This document shows positions 12,745-24,858 of a stretch of 64,000 bases of DNA, piece after piece; the first letter of the stretch is position 1, and each line of letters starts with the position of its first letter. The translations under genes and the position numbers were made by a program. The notes below the pieces were generated by a model. That model was not told the DNA's origin, searched no databases, and worked only from the letters and a program-made list of their open reading frames with translations. The DNA lies in assembly GCF_006345805.1 (NCBI RefSeq), contig NC_043010.1, positions 4,526,001 to 4,590,000 of the forward strand. Reading direction: 5' to 3'. Origin of the DNA: Octopus sinensis. Taxonomy: Eukaryota.

Positions 12745-12899
12745 ACCTATCCATTCTTGTTGCTTCTTTCTCGCTTATAATCACCCCACATTACTGTATT
12801 GTTTTAAAACAGTATAGTTTTTTTTTGGTGCATCTAAGTTGGTACCATATTCAAGTAAATTCATTTAAATTAACTTGAATCTTTTTGCTTTTTTGTATA

Positions 12900-12931
<32 letters not shown>

Positions 12932-12932
12932 A

Positions 12933-12983
<51 letters not shown>

Positions 12984-13086
12984 TATATATATATATAATA
13001 TATATATTATATATAAATGTCATAGGAAATAATTATTCTTTTAAATAGTGAAACTTGAAGCACACATAACTATATAAGTATATATA

Positions 13087-13121
<35 letters not shown>

Positions 13122-13159
13122 ACAGATAAATATGATAGATGTATATAATATGTATATAT

Positions 13160-13382
13160 ATGGCCTAGTGGTTAGGGCAGTGGACTTGCGGTCGGAGGAT
13201 CGCGGTTTCGATTCCCAGACCGGGCGTTGTGTGTGTTTATTGAGCGAAAAAAACACCTAAAAGCTCCACGAGGCTCCGGCAGGAGGTGGTGATCCCTGCT
13301 GTACTCTTTCACCACTCTAAAGGCGGTGCTCCAGCATGGCCGCAGTCAAATGACTGAAACAAGTACAAAAAAAAAAAAAAAA
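13160..13382 (+). mobile_element. Chimeric SINE: family C 5' half joined to family A 3' tail
   Basis: 13160-13317 matches 25607-25765; from 13318 TAAAGGCGGTGCTCCAGCATGGCCGCAGTC matches the family A tail. Confidence 0.75.
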
Positions 13383-14263
13383 AAATATATACACACACAT
13401 ATATACACACATGCACATATACCTGTATATATTTATATATGCACATGCACACACATTTATACACACACACACATATGTGTATGTGTATATATGTGTGTTT
13501 GTGATTGTGTTTTTACAAATGAGATAAATAAATAGAACTCAATACAGAAAGCTAAGCAAATATATTATTTATTAACTGTAAAACTACATAAGTGAATCCA
13601 GGCCCTTGAGTCACTTAAGTAGCTTCAGAGCTAATAAATAATACATGTGTGAGTGCGAGTGTCCTTGTGTGTGTGTTTTATGTATGTACGTATGTATGTA
13701 TATATATATATGTGTGTGTACATGTATGTGTGTATATGTGCATGTATAGTATATATTTTAGATTGCCCCCATAGAAAAATAAAAAAATCCTGAATGGACA
13801 TGTGTTAAAAACCTGAAGTACCTGATTTCACACATATATATATATATATATTATATATATATATATATACACATACCAAAATATCTACACACATACACAC
13901 ACACACACATGGATGCACACATACACACATATGCACATACACATGCATATCACAAGTCAAGTCTGTACCTATAGGTTTTGAGTTACTAACTGCTGACTAA
14001 GACACTTGTTTTCAGTGCGTGGAGCTAAAAGACTATGGGTTAGGTCTTAATAATTGTTTTATAATAAGTGCAATCCTTTGGTATATGAAGTCAATTTGCT
14101 TTATTAGATTATAGAAATAAAGAAATGAAGTAAAAAAAATATTCACATCATCTGTTAAATTCTGGATAGAATAATTGTCTTATTTTATAATTTTTTTTTA
14201 CTACTCTTTAAATATAATTGAAATTAATCTAATGGAAAATTTAGGCATTTTCTCTACCTCATT

Positions 14264-14486
14264 CCCTTAGCATTCAGATTATTCAGTCAAATGTAATGCT
14301 TATTTCTTTTTCATTGTTTTGAACTAAAGATGTATTATCTTTCAGCTTTGAGATTTTGATGACTTGATTGTTTAATTTTTAGAAGGCCGTTGTAGAGTAA
14401 GTAGAGAGACCAGATCTGGGTAGTTTGAATGTAAAATTGACAGAATATTTGAGCCAGATATGATCGGTTTAAATACTAAAGGTTTA
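14264..14486. mobile_element. Degenerate piggyBac-type MITE
   Basis: Ends CCCTTAGCATT ... AATACTAAAGGTTTAA resemble TTAA|CCCTTTAG TIRs, as at 58804-59042. Confidence 0.5.
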
Positions 14487-14689
14487 ACACAAATGTTTTA
14501 GAAGAAAATCTTAACCGATCTGGCTTATCACCACATATCAGAATTCCTTTAAAATTTTTCATGCAATTAACCTCTGATTAACTCATTGTGTTTGTGTTTG
14601 AGTGAGTGCATATAATGAGTTTGTGTGTATGCTTTGATGGCATATAAGACACATTATTTATCCAAAGAATGTCACAATATATATATATA

Positions 14690-15096
14690 GGCGCAGGAGT
14701 GGCTGTGTGGTAAGTATCTTGCTTACGAACCACATGGTTCCGGGTTCAGTCCCACTGCGTGGCACCTTGGGCAAGTGTCTTCTACTATAGCCTCGGGTCG
14801 ACCAATGCCTTGTGAGTGGATTTGGTAGACGGAAACTGAAAGAAACCCGTTGTATATATGTATATATATATAAGTGTGCGTGTATGTTTGTGTGTCTGTG
14901 TTTGTCCCCCTAGCATTGCTTGACAACCGATGCTTGTGTGTTTATGTCCCCATCACTTAGCGGTTCAGCAAAAGAGATTAATAGAATAAGTACTGGGCTT
15001 ACAAAGAATAAGTCCCAGGGTCGAGTTGCTCGATTAAAGATGGTGCTCCAGCATGGCCGCAATCAAATGACTGAAACAAGTAAAGAGAGAGTAAAG
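14690..15096 (+). mobile_element. SINE family A
   Basis: Full-length: GGCGCAGGAGTGGCTGTGTGGTAAG ... TGACTGAAACAAGTAAAGAG. Confidence 0.9.
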
Positions 15097-15174
15097 ATAT
15101 ATATATATATATATATTTCGTTTTTGGATTTGGTTTGCAAGATTCTTTATGTGAGTTCGTGTGTGAGGCATATT

Positions 15175-15388
15175 CTGTTGTGTCTGGGGAGAGTCATTTT
15201 CTTTTTGTGCCTTATAATTTAACACACTCACCAGTAAAATTTCCACTACTTTCTTATTTTCATTTTCTTAAAATTTTTGAAGACGAAAATTTTAGGAAAA
15301 TAAAAATAAGGAAGAAATGGAAATTTTACCGGTGAGTGTGTTAAATAATAAGGCACAAAAAGAAAATGACTCTCCACAGACACAACAG
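15175..15388. repeat. Long near-perfect palindrome (~103-bp arms, ~8-nt loop)
   Basis: CTGTTGTGTCTGGGGAGAGTCATTTTCTTTTTGTGCCTTAT... pairs with ...ATAAGGCACAAAAAGAAAATGACTCTCCACAGACACAACAG; centre near 15281. Confidence 0.9.
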
Positions 15389-15646
15389 CATATATATATA
15401 TATACCAATTGAGGTATATATAAATATTTTAATCTTCGGATTCTTTTTAATATGCTAGACCACAGGTTTTAATTGACTAATATCAATTTCTACCCTTAAT
15501 TAATTTTATATGTAGAAAAATACAAACTGGGACAAGAATGTAAAACATTTAGAAGACGATACAAAAAACATGGACGGGACATTCGAAGCCTTCAATCTTC
15601 AGTCAAGAACCGGATCATCCTAGCTATTTCGATATATATATATATG

Positions 15647-16220
15647 GGCACAGGCGTAGCTGTGTGGTAAGGAGTTTGCTTCCCGACCACATGGTTCCAG
15701 GTTCAGTCCCACTGCATGGCAGCTTGGGCAAGTGTCTTCTACTATAGCTTGGACCAACCAAAACCTTGTGAGTAGATTTGGTACATGGAAACTGAAAGAA
15801 GCACATTGTATATATATATATATATATATATATGTCTTTATGTGTGTGTGTGCTGTTGTTTATGTTTGCCCCTCACCATTACTTGACAACTGATCTCCGT
15901 GTGTTTATGCCTCCATAACCTAGCGGTTCAGAATAAGTACTCGGCTTACAACGAGTAAGTCCTGTGGCTGATTTCTTAAACTTAAAAAAAAATAAAACGT
16001 TTAAGGCAGTGCTCCAGCATGGCCACAAATGATTAAAACAAGTAAAAGAATAAAAGAATGTATGCATGTGTGTGTGTATGTGTGTGTGTGTCCCACCACT
16101 GCTTGACAACCGGTGCTGATGTGTTTATGCCCCTATAACTTAGCAGTTTGGCAAAACAGAACAATAGAATAAGTACAGGTTTTTTAAAAAAAAACGTGCT
16201 GGGGTCAATTTGTTCAACTA
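15647..16220 (+). mobile_element. Older SINE family A copy plus a partial second 3' half
   Basis: Family A head at 15647, tail at ~16050, repeated 3' segment ~16075-16220. Confidence 0.75.
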
Positions 16221-17045
16221 AAAATATATATATCATCTTGGGTCCTGTATGAGAAGTTGAACCTCCTATAAGCTTTAATGCTCTGAAAACATTTTTCTGA
16301 ATATGTGCAGCTGAAACTGGGGAATATTAAGTACACCCATGCATTTTTTATGTCGTTAAATACAGTATTTGTTAAATTTTTTATTTTTTATTGTAATTGG
16401 TGGATAATTTCGTTGTTAATTACAGGTTTTCCAGTAGACTAACCCCAGTATTTCTGATGATGCAAGGGACAAAGAAGTACTTGTAACTAACAAAAGAATT
16501 AGTCTCAAATATCACGAAGGAGTTTGTTTTGGTGAATATAAGCTTTTCAGCTTTGTGCGAATGTTTGCATGCTTTACTGATATGCATTAGTGAAACACAC
16601 ACAGACACATGCATATGCACATACACATACACACACTACACACATACTGGCACACAAATACACCCTTGCACATACTGACGAACACACAAATGCACATACA
16701 GACACTAAGAAATCCACAAACACATTGACAGCACACATTCACACATACATACACTAGCACACAAACACACAGACAAACACATGCTCACACACACTTACAA
16801 ATACACAAACAAATACATACATATTCATACACACACAAACACACTCATATGCTCTCACACACACACTCACATGCCACATAAACACACCACATACACAAAC
16901 TGGCAGAGATGTAGCATTGCAGTGCATGGAATGATTTCATGTGTTTTTTCAGACTCTCAGATATTCATTGTTCTGAGATCATATCCTACCCAAATCAACT
17001 TTGCCGATATACTTTCCTGTATTGTTAAAAAAATATAAATTAATA

Positions 17046-17872
17046 GGCACAGGAGTGGCTGTGTGGTAAGTAGCTTGCTTACCAACCACATGGTTCTGGG
17101 TTCAGTCCCACTGCATGGCATCTTGGGCAAGTGCCTTCTGCTATAGCCCTGGGCCGACCAAAGCCTTGTGAGTGGATTTGGTAGATGGAAACTGAAAGAA
17201 GCCTGTCGTATATATGTATATATATATATATGTATGTGTGTGTGTATATATGTTTGTGTGTCTGTGTTTGTCCCACCAGCATCGCTTGACAACCGATGCT
17301 GGTGTGTTTACGTCCCTATAACTTAGCAGTTCGGCAAAAGAGACCGATAGAATAAGTACTGGGCTTACAAAGAATAAGTCCCAGGGTCGATTTGCTCGAC
17401 TAAAGGCAGTGCTCCAGCATGGCCGCAGTCAAATGACTGAAACAAGTAAAAAAGTAAAAGAGTCAAGAGTACCAGGCACAGGTGTGGCTGTGTAGTTAGA
17501 AACTTGCTTCCGAACCACATGGTTCCGGGTTCAGTCCCACTGCGTGGCACCTTGGGCAAGTGTCATCTACTATAGCCTTAGGCTGACGAAAGCCTTGTAA
17601 GTAGATTTGAAATAAAGCTGCTGTATATGTGTGTATGTGTGTGCACGTGTGTGTGTGTGTGAATTTTTGTGCCTGTGCTTGTCCCCACCCACTTGACAAC
17701 TGGTGTTGGTGTGTTTATATCCCTGTAACTTAGTGATTTGGTGAAAGAAACCAATAGAATAATTATTAGGCTTTAAAAAGAAGTAGTGGAGTTGATTGAT
17801 TCATTCGACTACAAATTCCTCAAACTGGTATCCCAGCATGGTTGCAGTCTAATGACTGAAACAAGTAAAAGA
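17046..17872 (+). mobile_element. Two tandem SINE family A copies (17046-17469, 17475-17872)
   Basis: Two heads GGCACAGG(A/T)GTGGCTGTGT and two TGACTGAAACAAGTAAAA tails. Confidence 0.85.
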
Positions 17873-17924
17873 AAGCAGAGGTTACTGAAAGCTATGGGTT
17901 GGCACAACAGTAAGAACATTGATT

Positions 17925-18156
17925 CTTATTTCTTTATTGCCCACAAAGGGCCAAACATGGAAGGGACAAACAAGGACAGACAAAGGGATTAAGTCGATTA
18001 TATCGACCCCAGTGCGTAACTGGTACTTATTTAATCGACCCCGAAAGGATGAAAGGCAAAGTCGACCTCGGCGGAATTTGAACTCAGAACGTAGCGGTAG
18101 ACGAAATACCGCTAAGCACTTCGCCCGGCGTGCTAACATTTCCGCCAGCTCACCGC
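17925..18156 (-). mobile_element. SINE family B (Meta/MESC-like core)
   Basis: Head GCGGTGAGCTGGC, B box GAGTTCAAATTC, core GTCGACTTTGCCTTTCATCCTTTCGGGGTCGAT..AAGTACCAG. Confidence 0.85.
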
Positions 18157-18464
18157 ACAGTATTAGTTCCACTACATTCTAAGTTTATGACTTGGTAGTT
18201 CCACCCAATTTGAAACCATCTGGCACCTTGGATACCTTTAACAGAATCGTCACTGTTGCAAGCACTGAAGCCAAGCTTATGGTTTCAAGATACATTGGTG
18301 CTGGAATCACATAAAAACCATTGTGTGGTGGTGGTGGTTGGTATTAAGGAAGGGCATCCAGCCATAGAAATCATGCTAGAACAATGGAGCCTGGTATGGC
18401 CCCCTGGTCTTACTAGCTCTGGTCAAACCATCCAGCCCATGTCATCATGGAAAATGGACATTAA

Positions 18465-18501
18465 ATGAAGATGATGATGATGATGTTGATGATATTGACG
18501 G

Positions 18502-18532
<31 letters not shown>

Positions 18533-18549
18533 GATGATGATGATGACAG

Positions 18550-18600
<51 letters not shown>

Positions 18601-18673
18601 GATGATGATGATGATGATGATGATATGATGATGATGATGATGATGATGATAATGATGATAATGATGACGACAG

Positions 18674-18707
<34 letters not shown>

Positions 18708-18754
18708 AATGATGATGATGATGATAATGATGACGATGATGATGATGACGACAG

Positions 18755-18803
<49 letters not shown>

Positions 18804-18811
18804 GACGACAG

Positions 18812-18851
<40 letters not shown>

Positions 18852-18912
18852 TGATGATGATGATGATAATGATGACGATGATGACGGTGATGATGATGAT
18901 GATGATGATGAT
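18465..18912. repeat. (GAT)n microsatellite with recurring GACAGT interruptions
   Basis: Directly visible; source of the poly-H/S/I/M ORFs. Confidence 0.95.
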
Positions 18913-19748
18913 TCCTTTCTCCCTTCCTCCAACCAATATTGAGCACAACCTCCTCTCTTCTCCACATCATCATTTCCATCATCATTTAATGTTCACTTTT
19001 TCATGTTAGTTTAGGTTAGATAGAATTTGCTGAAGCAAGATTTTTTTTTTTAGGCTTGGATACCGTTCCTGTCACTGACCCTCATCTGTTGCCAAGCATG
19101 GCTGGACATGCTTTTCATGGAAGACAGGATATGAATAACATTGCTTGTATGATAGCAATGCCCATCTACAACCATCACATGATGTCAAGACAAGGGTATG
19201 CACACACACACACACACACACATATACACATCTACGCACATACACACATACACACATGTACGCACATACACACACACAACATGCAGATATGCAACACAAA
19301 TTAGCACTGAATCCAATATTACATAGTTGGGAAGCAAGTTTCTTAACTACATAGTCAGTCATAAAGATAAAAATATAAGACACACTCACATACACATTAA
19401 TGTGTGTGTGTGTATGTGTGTGTGTACGTGTGTGTCTGTGAGGATACATTGAAATCTGTAGAATTTCAACAGTTTCTGACCACTGATTTCCACTCACAAG
19501 TTATTGGTCAACACTTGATACAGTAAATAAATATGTATATATCATCATCATCATCATCATCATTTAACGTCTGTTTTCCATGCTAGCATGGGTTGGACGG
19601 TTCGACCGGGGTCTGGTAAGCCATGGAGGCTGCACCAGGCTCTAGTCTGATTTGGCAGTGTTTCTACAGCTGGATACCCTTCCTAACGCCAGCCACTCCG
19701 TGAGTTATAAATATATATATATATTTATATATATATATATATATTTAA

Positions 19749-19975
19749 AGGCGGCGAGCTGGCAGAATCGTTAGCACGCCGGGTGAAATGCGTAGCCGCA
19801 TTTCGTCTACTGTTACATTCTGAGTTCAAATTGCGCCGAGGTCGACTTTGCCTTTCATCCTTTCGGTGTCGATAAATAAAGTACCAGTTAGTACTGGGGT
19901 TGATGTCATCGACTTAATCCCTTTGTCCGTCTTTGTTTGTCCCCTCTGTGTTTAGCCCCTTGTGGGTAGTTAAAA
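19749..19975 (+). mobile_element. SINE family B
   Basis: GGCGGCGAGCTGGCAGAATCGTTAGC ... TTTAGCCCCTTGTGGGTAG. Confidence 0.85.
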
Positions 19976-20149
19976 AATATATATATATTTATTCGAATTT
20001 ACATACCACAAACAGGAAGCGTTTCTACCACTTTTACTCACAACTTGCCCTGGATAATGAAGCTGCAGCTATAGCCTCTTTATACATTTTCATTTTTATT
20101 TCTACATTCATTCTCCCATAATACAGTTCTATATTTAAGAGATGAGGAA

Positions 20150-20307
20150 TTATGTACATTATTTACATTATTTACATTCGCCTGATATTTGTCCTAATCT
20201 TGTTTGTTGCCCAGAGGCATATGGCATAGTGGTTAAGAGCGCAGGCTACTAACCCTAAGATTCCGAGTTTGATTCCAAGCTGTGACCTGAACACTAACAA
20301 CAACAAC

Positions 20308-20338
<31 letters not shown>

Positions 20339-20486
20339 TTGAAAAATATCTTAAGAATGAGAACCCAGGTTTGAAATTTCCCCCAAAACACCTGAAGAAG
20401 GCTGGAGGGTATATCAGCCAAAACGTTGTGTTTATAATAAGCAAAATGAGGACAAATATCTGTCAAATGTAAATAACGTAAATAAT
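20150..20486 (+). mobile_element. Composite small element: inverted ends, tRNA-like head, (AAC)/(AAT) tract, minimal hammerhead remnant
   Basis: IR 20168-20208 vs 20436-20476; tRNA-like 20216-20287; hammerhead-like 20387-20432. A partial second copy lies at ~20647-20800. Confidence 0.65.
20387..20432 (+). ncRNA. Minimal type I hammerhead remnant (G12 mutated)
   Basis: AACAC-CTGAAGA-A-GGCTG..CAGCC-aAAA-CG-TT-GTGTT. Stems I and II pair, stem III is palindromic ACGT, but GAAA reads AAAA. Confidence 0.55.
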
Positions 20487-20800
20487 ATTCATTCTCCTAT
20501 TTCCCTTTATACTCCTTATTTGTTTCCTTTTCCAAAACAACTCCTCATATTGAACTCTAATATTTCCCTCTATTTAACCATCACACATTGTCTTTGATGA
20601 AGGGATACCCCTAATATCCCAGAATATATATATATATATATATAAATACATTATTTACATTCGACAGATATTTGTCCTCATCTTGTTTGTTGCCCACAGG
20701 CATATGGCATAGTGGTTAAGAGCGCAGGCTACTAACCCTAAGATTCCGAGTTTGATCCCAAGCTGTGACCTGAACACTAACAACAACAATAATAATAATA

Positions 20801-22413
20801 ATGTACAGCTCCCTCCGATGCAGCTGGAGAGATGGCTGTCTCACACGTAGGCACACCTGTAGACACTGTGGACGACCTTACGACTGCTGTTTTTCCCGAT
20901 CTGCACATAAACCTGAATTGGCTGTTTGAAAGAGCCATATTAGCTCCCAAAAACACATTTGTAGCAAAACTCAATGAAAACCTACTGCAAACCCTTCCTA
21001 GAAACCTTCACACCTACAAGTCTGTGGACATTGTTGTGGACCAAGAAGAGGCCATTAATTTTCTCACAGAATTCCTCAATTCCTTGGATCCCTCCAGACT
21101 ACCACCTCATCAAATGCACATCAAAATTGGAGCTCTGGTCATACTGGTGAGGAACCTGGAGCCATCATGTCTGTGCAATGGAATGCTGTTAGTGGTAAAA
21201 AAATGTGCTGCCTCATGTTATTGAAGCAACAATTCTGATGAGTTGTGGCATCAGAGACTCCATCAGATAAGCAATGTCCCTGTCCCCTAGCGTCGACTTC
21301 AGTCCCCTCTTGACTTTGTTCTGCTATGTCCAACAACAAGTCCCAAGGCCAAACACTAACAACAACAACAATAATAATAATGTACAGCTCCCTCCGATGC
21401 AGCTGGAGAGATGGCTGTCTCACACGTAGGCACACCTGTAGACACTGTGGACGACCTTACGACTGCTGTTTTTCCGATCTGCACATAAACATGAATTGGC
21501 TGTGTGGAAGAGCCATATTAGCTTCCAAAAACACATTTGTAGCAAAACTCAATGAAAACCTACTGCAAACCCTTCCTGGAAACCTTCACACCTACAAGTA
21601 TGTGGACATTGTTGTGGACCAAGAAGAGGCCATTAATTTTCTCACAGAATTCCTCAATTTCTTGGATCCCTCCAGACTACCACCTCATCAAATGCACATC
21701 AAAATTGGAGCTCCGGTCATACTGGTGAGGAACCTGGAGCCACCATGTCTGTGCAATGGAATGCTGTTAGTGGTAAAAAAATGTGCTGCCTCATGTTATT
21801 GAAGCAACAATTCTGATGGGTTGTGGCATCAGAGACAATGTCTTTATACCCAGGATACCTGTTACTCCATCAGATAAGCAATGTCCCTGTACCCTAGCAT
21901 CGACTTCAGTCCCCTCTTTGACTTTGTTTTGCCATGTCCATCAACAAGTCCCAAGGCCAAACACTAGCAACAACAGACCTCCATTTAGGCCAACCATGCT
22001 TCTCACACGACCAATTATATGTTGGTTACTCAAGAGTCGGACGCAAAAAATCCTTTTCATGTTTGCCTTGAAAGCCAAAACGAAAAATGTCATCTACCAT
22101 GAGGTGCTTTAGCCATCCAACATACTGCAGCTTCCCTGCCAAACAGGTTATGGTGAGTGAGTACAGTTGTTGCCCTTCTTTCAAAATTATACTCCTTTTA
22201 CTCTTTTACGTGTTTCAGTCATTTGACTGCGGCCATGCTGGAGCACCGCCTTTAATCGAGTAACTCGACCCCGGGACTTATTCTTTTTGTAAGCCCAGTA
22301 CTTATTCTATCGGTCTCTTTTTGCTGAACCGCTAAGTAACGGCGACGTTAACACACCAGCATTGATTGTCAAGCGATGCTAGGGGGACAAACACAGACAT
22401 ACAGACACACACA

Positions 22414-22445
<32 letters not shown>

Positions 22446-23062
22446 CGACGGGCTTCTTTCAGTTTCCGTCTACGAAATCCACTCACAAGGCTTTGGTCGG
22501 CCCGAGGCTATAGTAGAAGACACTTGCCCAAGGTGCCACGCAGTGGGACTGAACCCAGAACCATGTGGTTGGTAAACAAGCTACTTACCACACAGCCACT
22601 CCTGTGCCTATATAGCCACTCCTGCGCCTATATTATCTGTTTTTCTTAAGTCTTTTTTTTATTCTGTCTACTACTGCTCCTCAATCTCCTTGCAAATGGC
22701 TTGAGTTTTGGCATCACAGCACGGACTACTTTTCATGTGAACAAAAAAAGATGTTTATACCTGTGAATGGTTAACAATCCTTTCCAGGGCTATTGTGAGA
22801 ACGATTACACAGCCCTTTACAGGGATACTTTGCATTTGATTGTTGCACCCCCCGAGATGCTCTTGAGCCTTCTCCAGGGCTTTTCACCCTGTTGTTACCA
22901 CTTTATGGCCCATGGGAAAACTCACTTCTCCCTCAACCTCAATGTTTGCAGCTTAACACAACAAATATTCAAAGAAATGTACATCAAAAAAAAAAATGGT
23001 AGAACCTATTATGACCATTGCTGAGTATTTAATACCCAAGCAACGCTGGGTAATCCTGTTAG
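20801..23062 (+). mobile_element. Helitron remnant: PIF1-like helicase C-terminus (partly tandem-duplicated) and 3' terminus
   Basis: ERAILAPKN, EFLNSL.PS.LPPH, LVRNLEP..LCNG, VIEATIL, VFIPRIP, NKSQGQTL and KTKNVIYHEVL are RepHel helicase motifs, with frameshifts. Hairpin CCCAAGCAACGCTGGG (23035-50) followed by TTAG|T (degenerate CTAG). Confidence 0.9.
22190..22629 (-). mobile_element. SINE family A inserted in the Helitron 3' region
   Basis: Full-length copy with a short duplication of its 5' end (AGCCACTCCTG twice). Confidence 0.9.
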
Positions 23063-23084
23063 TATATATGTATATATATATATA

Positions 23085-23311
23085 TTTCTTTACTATCCAC
23101 AAGGCTAAACATAGAGAGGACAAACAAGGACAGACGAAGGATTGAGTCGATATATCACCCCCCAGTGCGAAACTGGTACTTTATTTATCGACACCGAAAG
23201 GATGAAAGGCAAAGTTGACCTCGGCGGAATTTGAACTCGGAACGTAACGACAGACGAAATACCGCTAAGCATTTCACCCGGCGCGCTAACGTGTCTGCCA
23301 GCTCGCCGCCT
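23085..23311 (-). mobile_element. SINE family B
   Basis: Reverse complement of the family B sequence seen at 19749. Confidence 0.85.
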
Positions 23312-23312
23312 T

Positions 23313-23352
<40 letters not shown>

Positions 23353-23739
23353 ATATATATATATATATATATAATATATATATATAATATATATATAATA
23401 TTATAATATATATATTATATATTATATATATATATATATAATATAATATATTTACATATATATATATACATATATATATATATCATATATATATATAATA
23501 TATATATGTATATAATATATATATATATATATATATCTATTGTGGTGTGTGTGTGTGTACATGTATGCATAGCAATAACATACTTAAATAAACATGTTTA
23601 TGGGTGCTATTATGTATGTGTATTTCTGTGTTTAAGTGCATATGGAGGTGTGTATAACAATGCTATATATTATTTTTGTAATTCATTTTCATTCTTATTC
23701 TTGTAATATCATTATCAAATATTAGATAATCTTTGAGGT

Positions 23740-24400
23740 AGCAGCAACACCAGCAGCAGCAGCAGTAGCAGTGGTGGTGGCGGCAGCGGTGGTGGTAGCG
23801 GTGGTGGTGGCGGTGGTGGTGGTGGTGGTGGTGGTGGTGGTGGTGGTGGTGGTGGTTGTGGTGGTGGTGGTGGTGGTTGTGGTGGTGATAGTGATAGTGG
23901 TAGTAGTAATAGTAGCCAACTTAACTTCATCACGATCATATTGAATGCTGTTATTGCACTGATAAATGGTTACTATTATCAGCACTGCTACCGCCATCAA
24001 CACAACCACAACAACCGCCACTACCATCACCACCACTACTACTACCAACACCACTGACAACCTCACCAACAACACCATCACTGTCACTGACGCCACTACT
24101 ATCAATACTACTACTACTACTACCAACAACAACAACTACATTATCACTATCAACATCACCACCACTACCATCCACATCAACACAGCCAACAATACCACCT
24201 TCCCCATCACTGTCATCAACTCCACCACCATCAACAATATCATCACTACAGCTAACATCACCAATAACAGTACCACTATCAATAACATCATTACTACCAT
24301 CAACAGCAACACCACCATCACTACCACCACCACTACCACTTCCATCAACAATCTCACCACCAGCAATACCACCTCCACTACCATCACCACCACCACCACC
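23740..24400. repeat. (GGT)n tract followed by degenerate (ACC/ACT/AAC)n tract
   Basis: Directly visible; source of the poly-P/T/V ORFs. Confidence 0.9.
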
Positions 24401-24858
24401 ATGTCTATCATCTTCCTTCTTATTTCGTTATAATAATATCTTGATTAAAAAAAAATGTAATTAGAATATCAATCTGATGGATACCCAAGTTTTAACTCAG
24501 TCTAATCATTGTTCCCATCAAGGGGCCTCTCTATCACAGGTTCCAACTCCCAAATGTATTGATATCAACAAAGAGAAATTTCTGGTAAAGCAATAAGAAT
24601 CAATGAAATTCTGTAGTTCCCATTAGAATTAATGAAAGTACTAAAAGCAAACCATCTACTCAACATACAATTAGCCTTACAAATATTTGATTAGTGCTAC
24701 GATAACAGAACACCAGAGAGCTTCTGAGAACAACCAAACTCATTCATCAATTAAAAGTAATGTAAATGATACATCGGCATTCAGTAACTGATTGCAGAAA
24801 GAAACCTCTTAAGACATTATTATCTGTTATAGCAAGAATGCTCTAAGTAAAAGCTCCA

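Larger units (their letters stand above)
10887..12895. mobile_element. Non-coding Penelope-like element with ~240-bp inverted terminal repeats (inverted pseudo-LTRs)
   Basis: 10887-11125 is the reverse complement of 12534-12774 apart from small indels. The right arm has a ~120-nt extension. Both ends lie in (TA)n and each arm contains a hammerhead motif. Confidence 0.75.

Noticed and set aside
15520-15631. GAAA...CTGAAGA on the minus strand as a permuted hammerhead (related pieces at ~6360-6650 and ~55225-55380)
   Set aside because: I could not build stems I and II convincingly; left as unclassified repeat fragments.
16438-16590. Open + strand frame TNPSISDDARDKEVLV... after AG sites
   Set aside because: No recognisable homology or partner exons.
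20216-20287. Functional tRNA-Ser(ACT) gene
   Set aside because: Acceptor and T stems do not pair properly, the ACT anticodon is atypical, and it is duplicated inside a repeat; treated as a tRNA-derived head. The same applies to all SINE heads.
20832-22112. Cellular PIF1 helicase gene
   Set aside because: Intronless, frameshifted, C-terminal only, and followed by a Helitron-type terminus.
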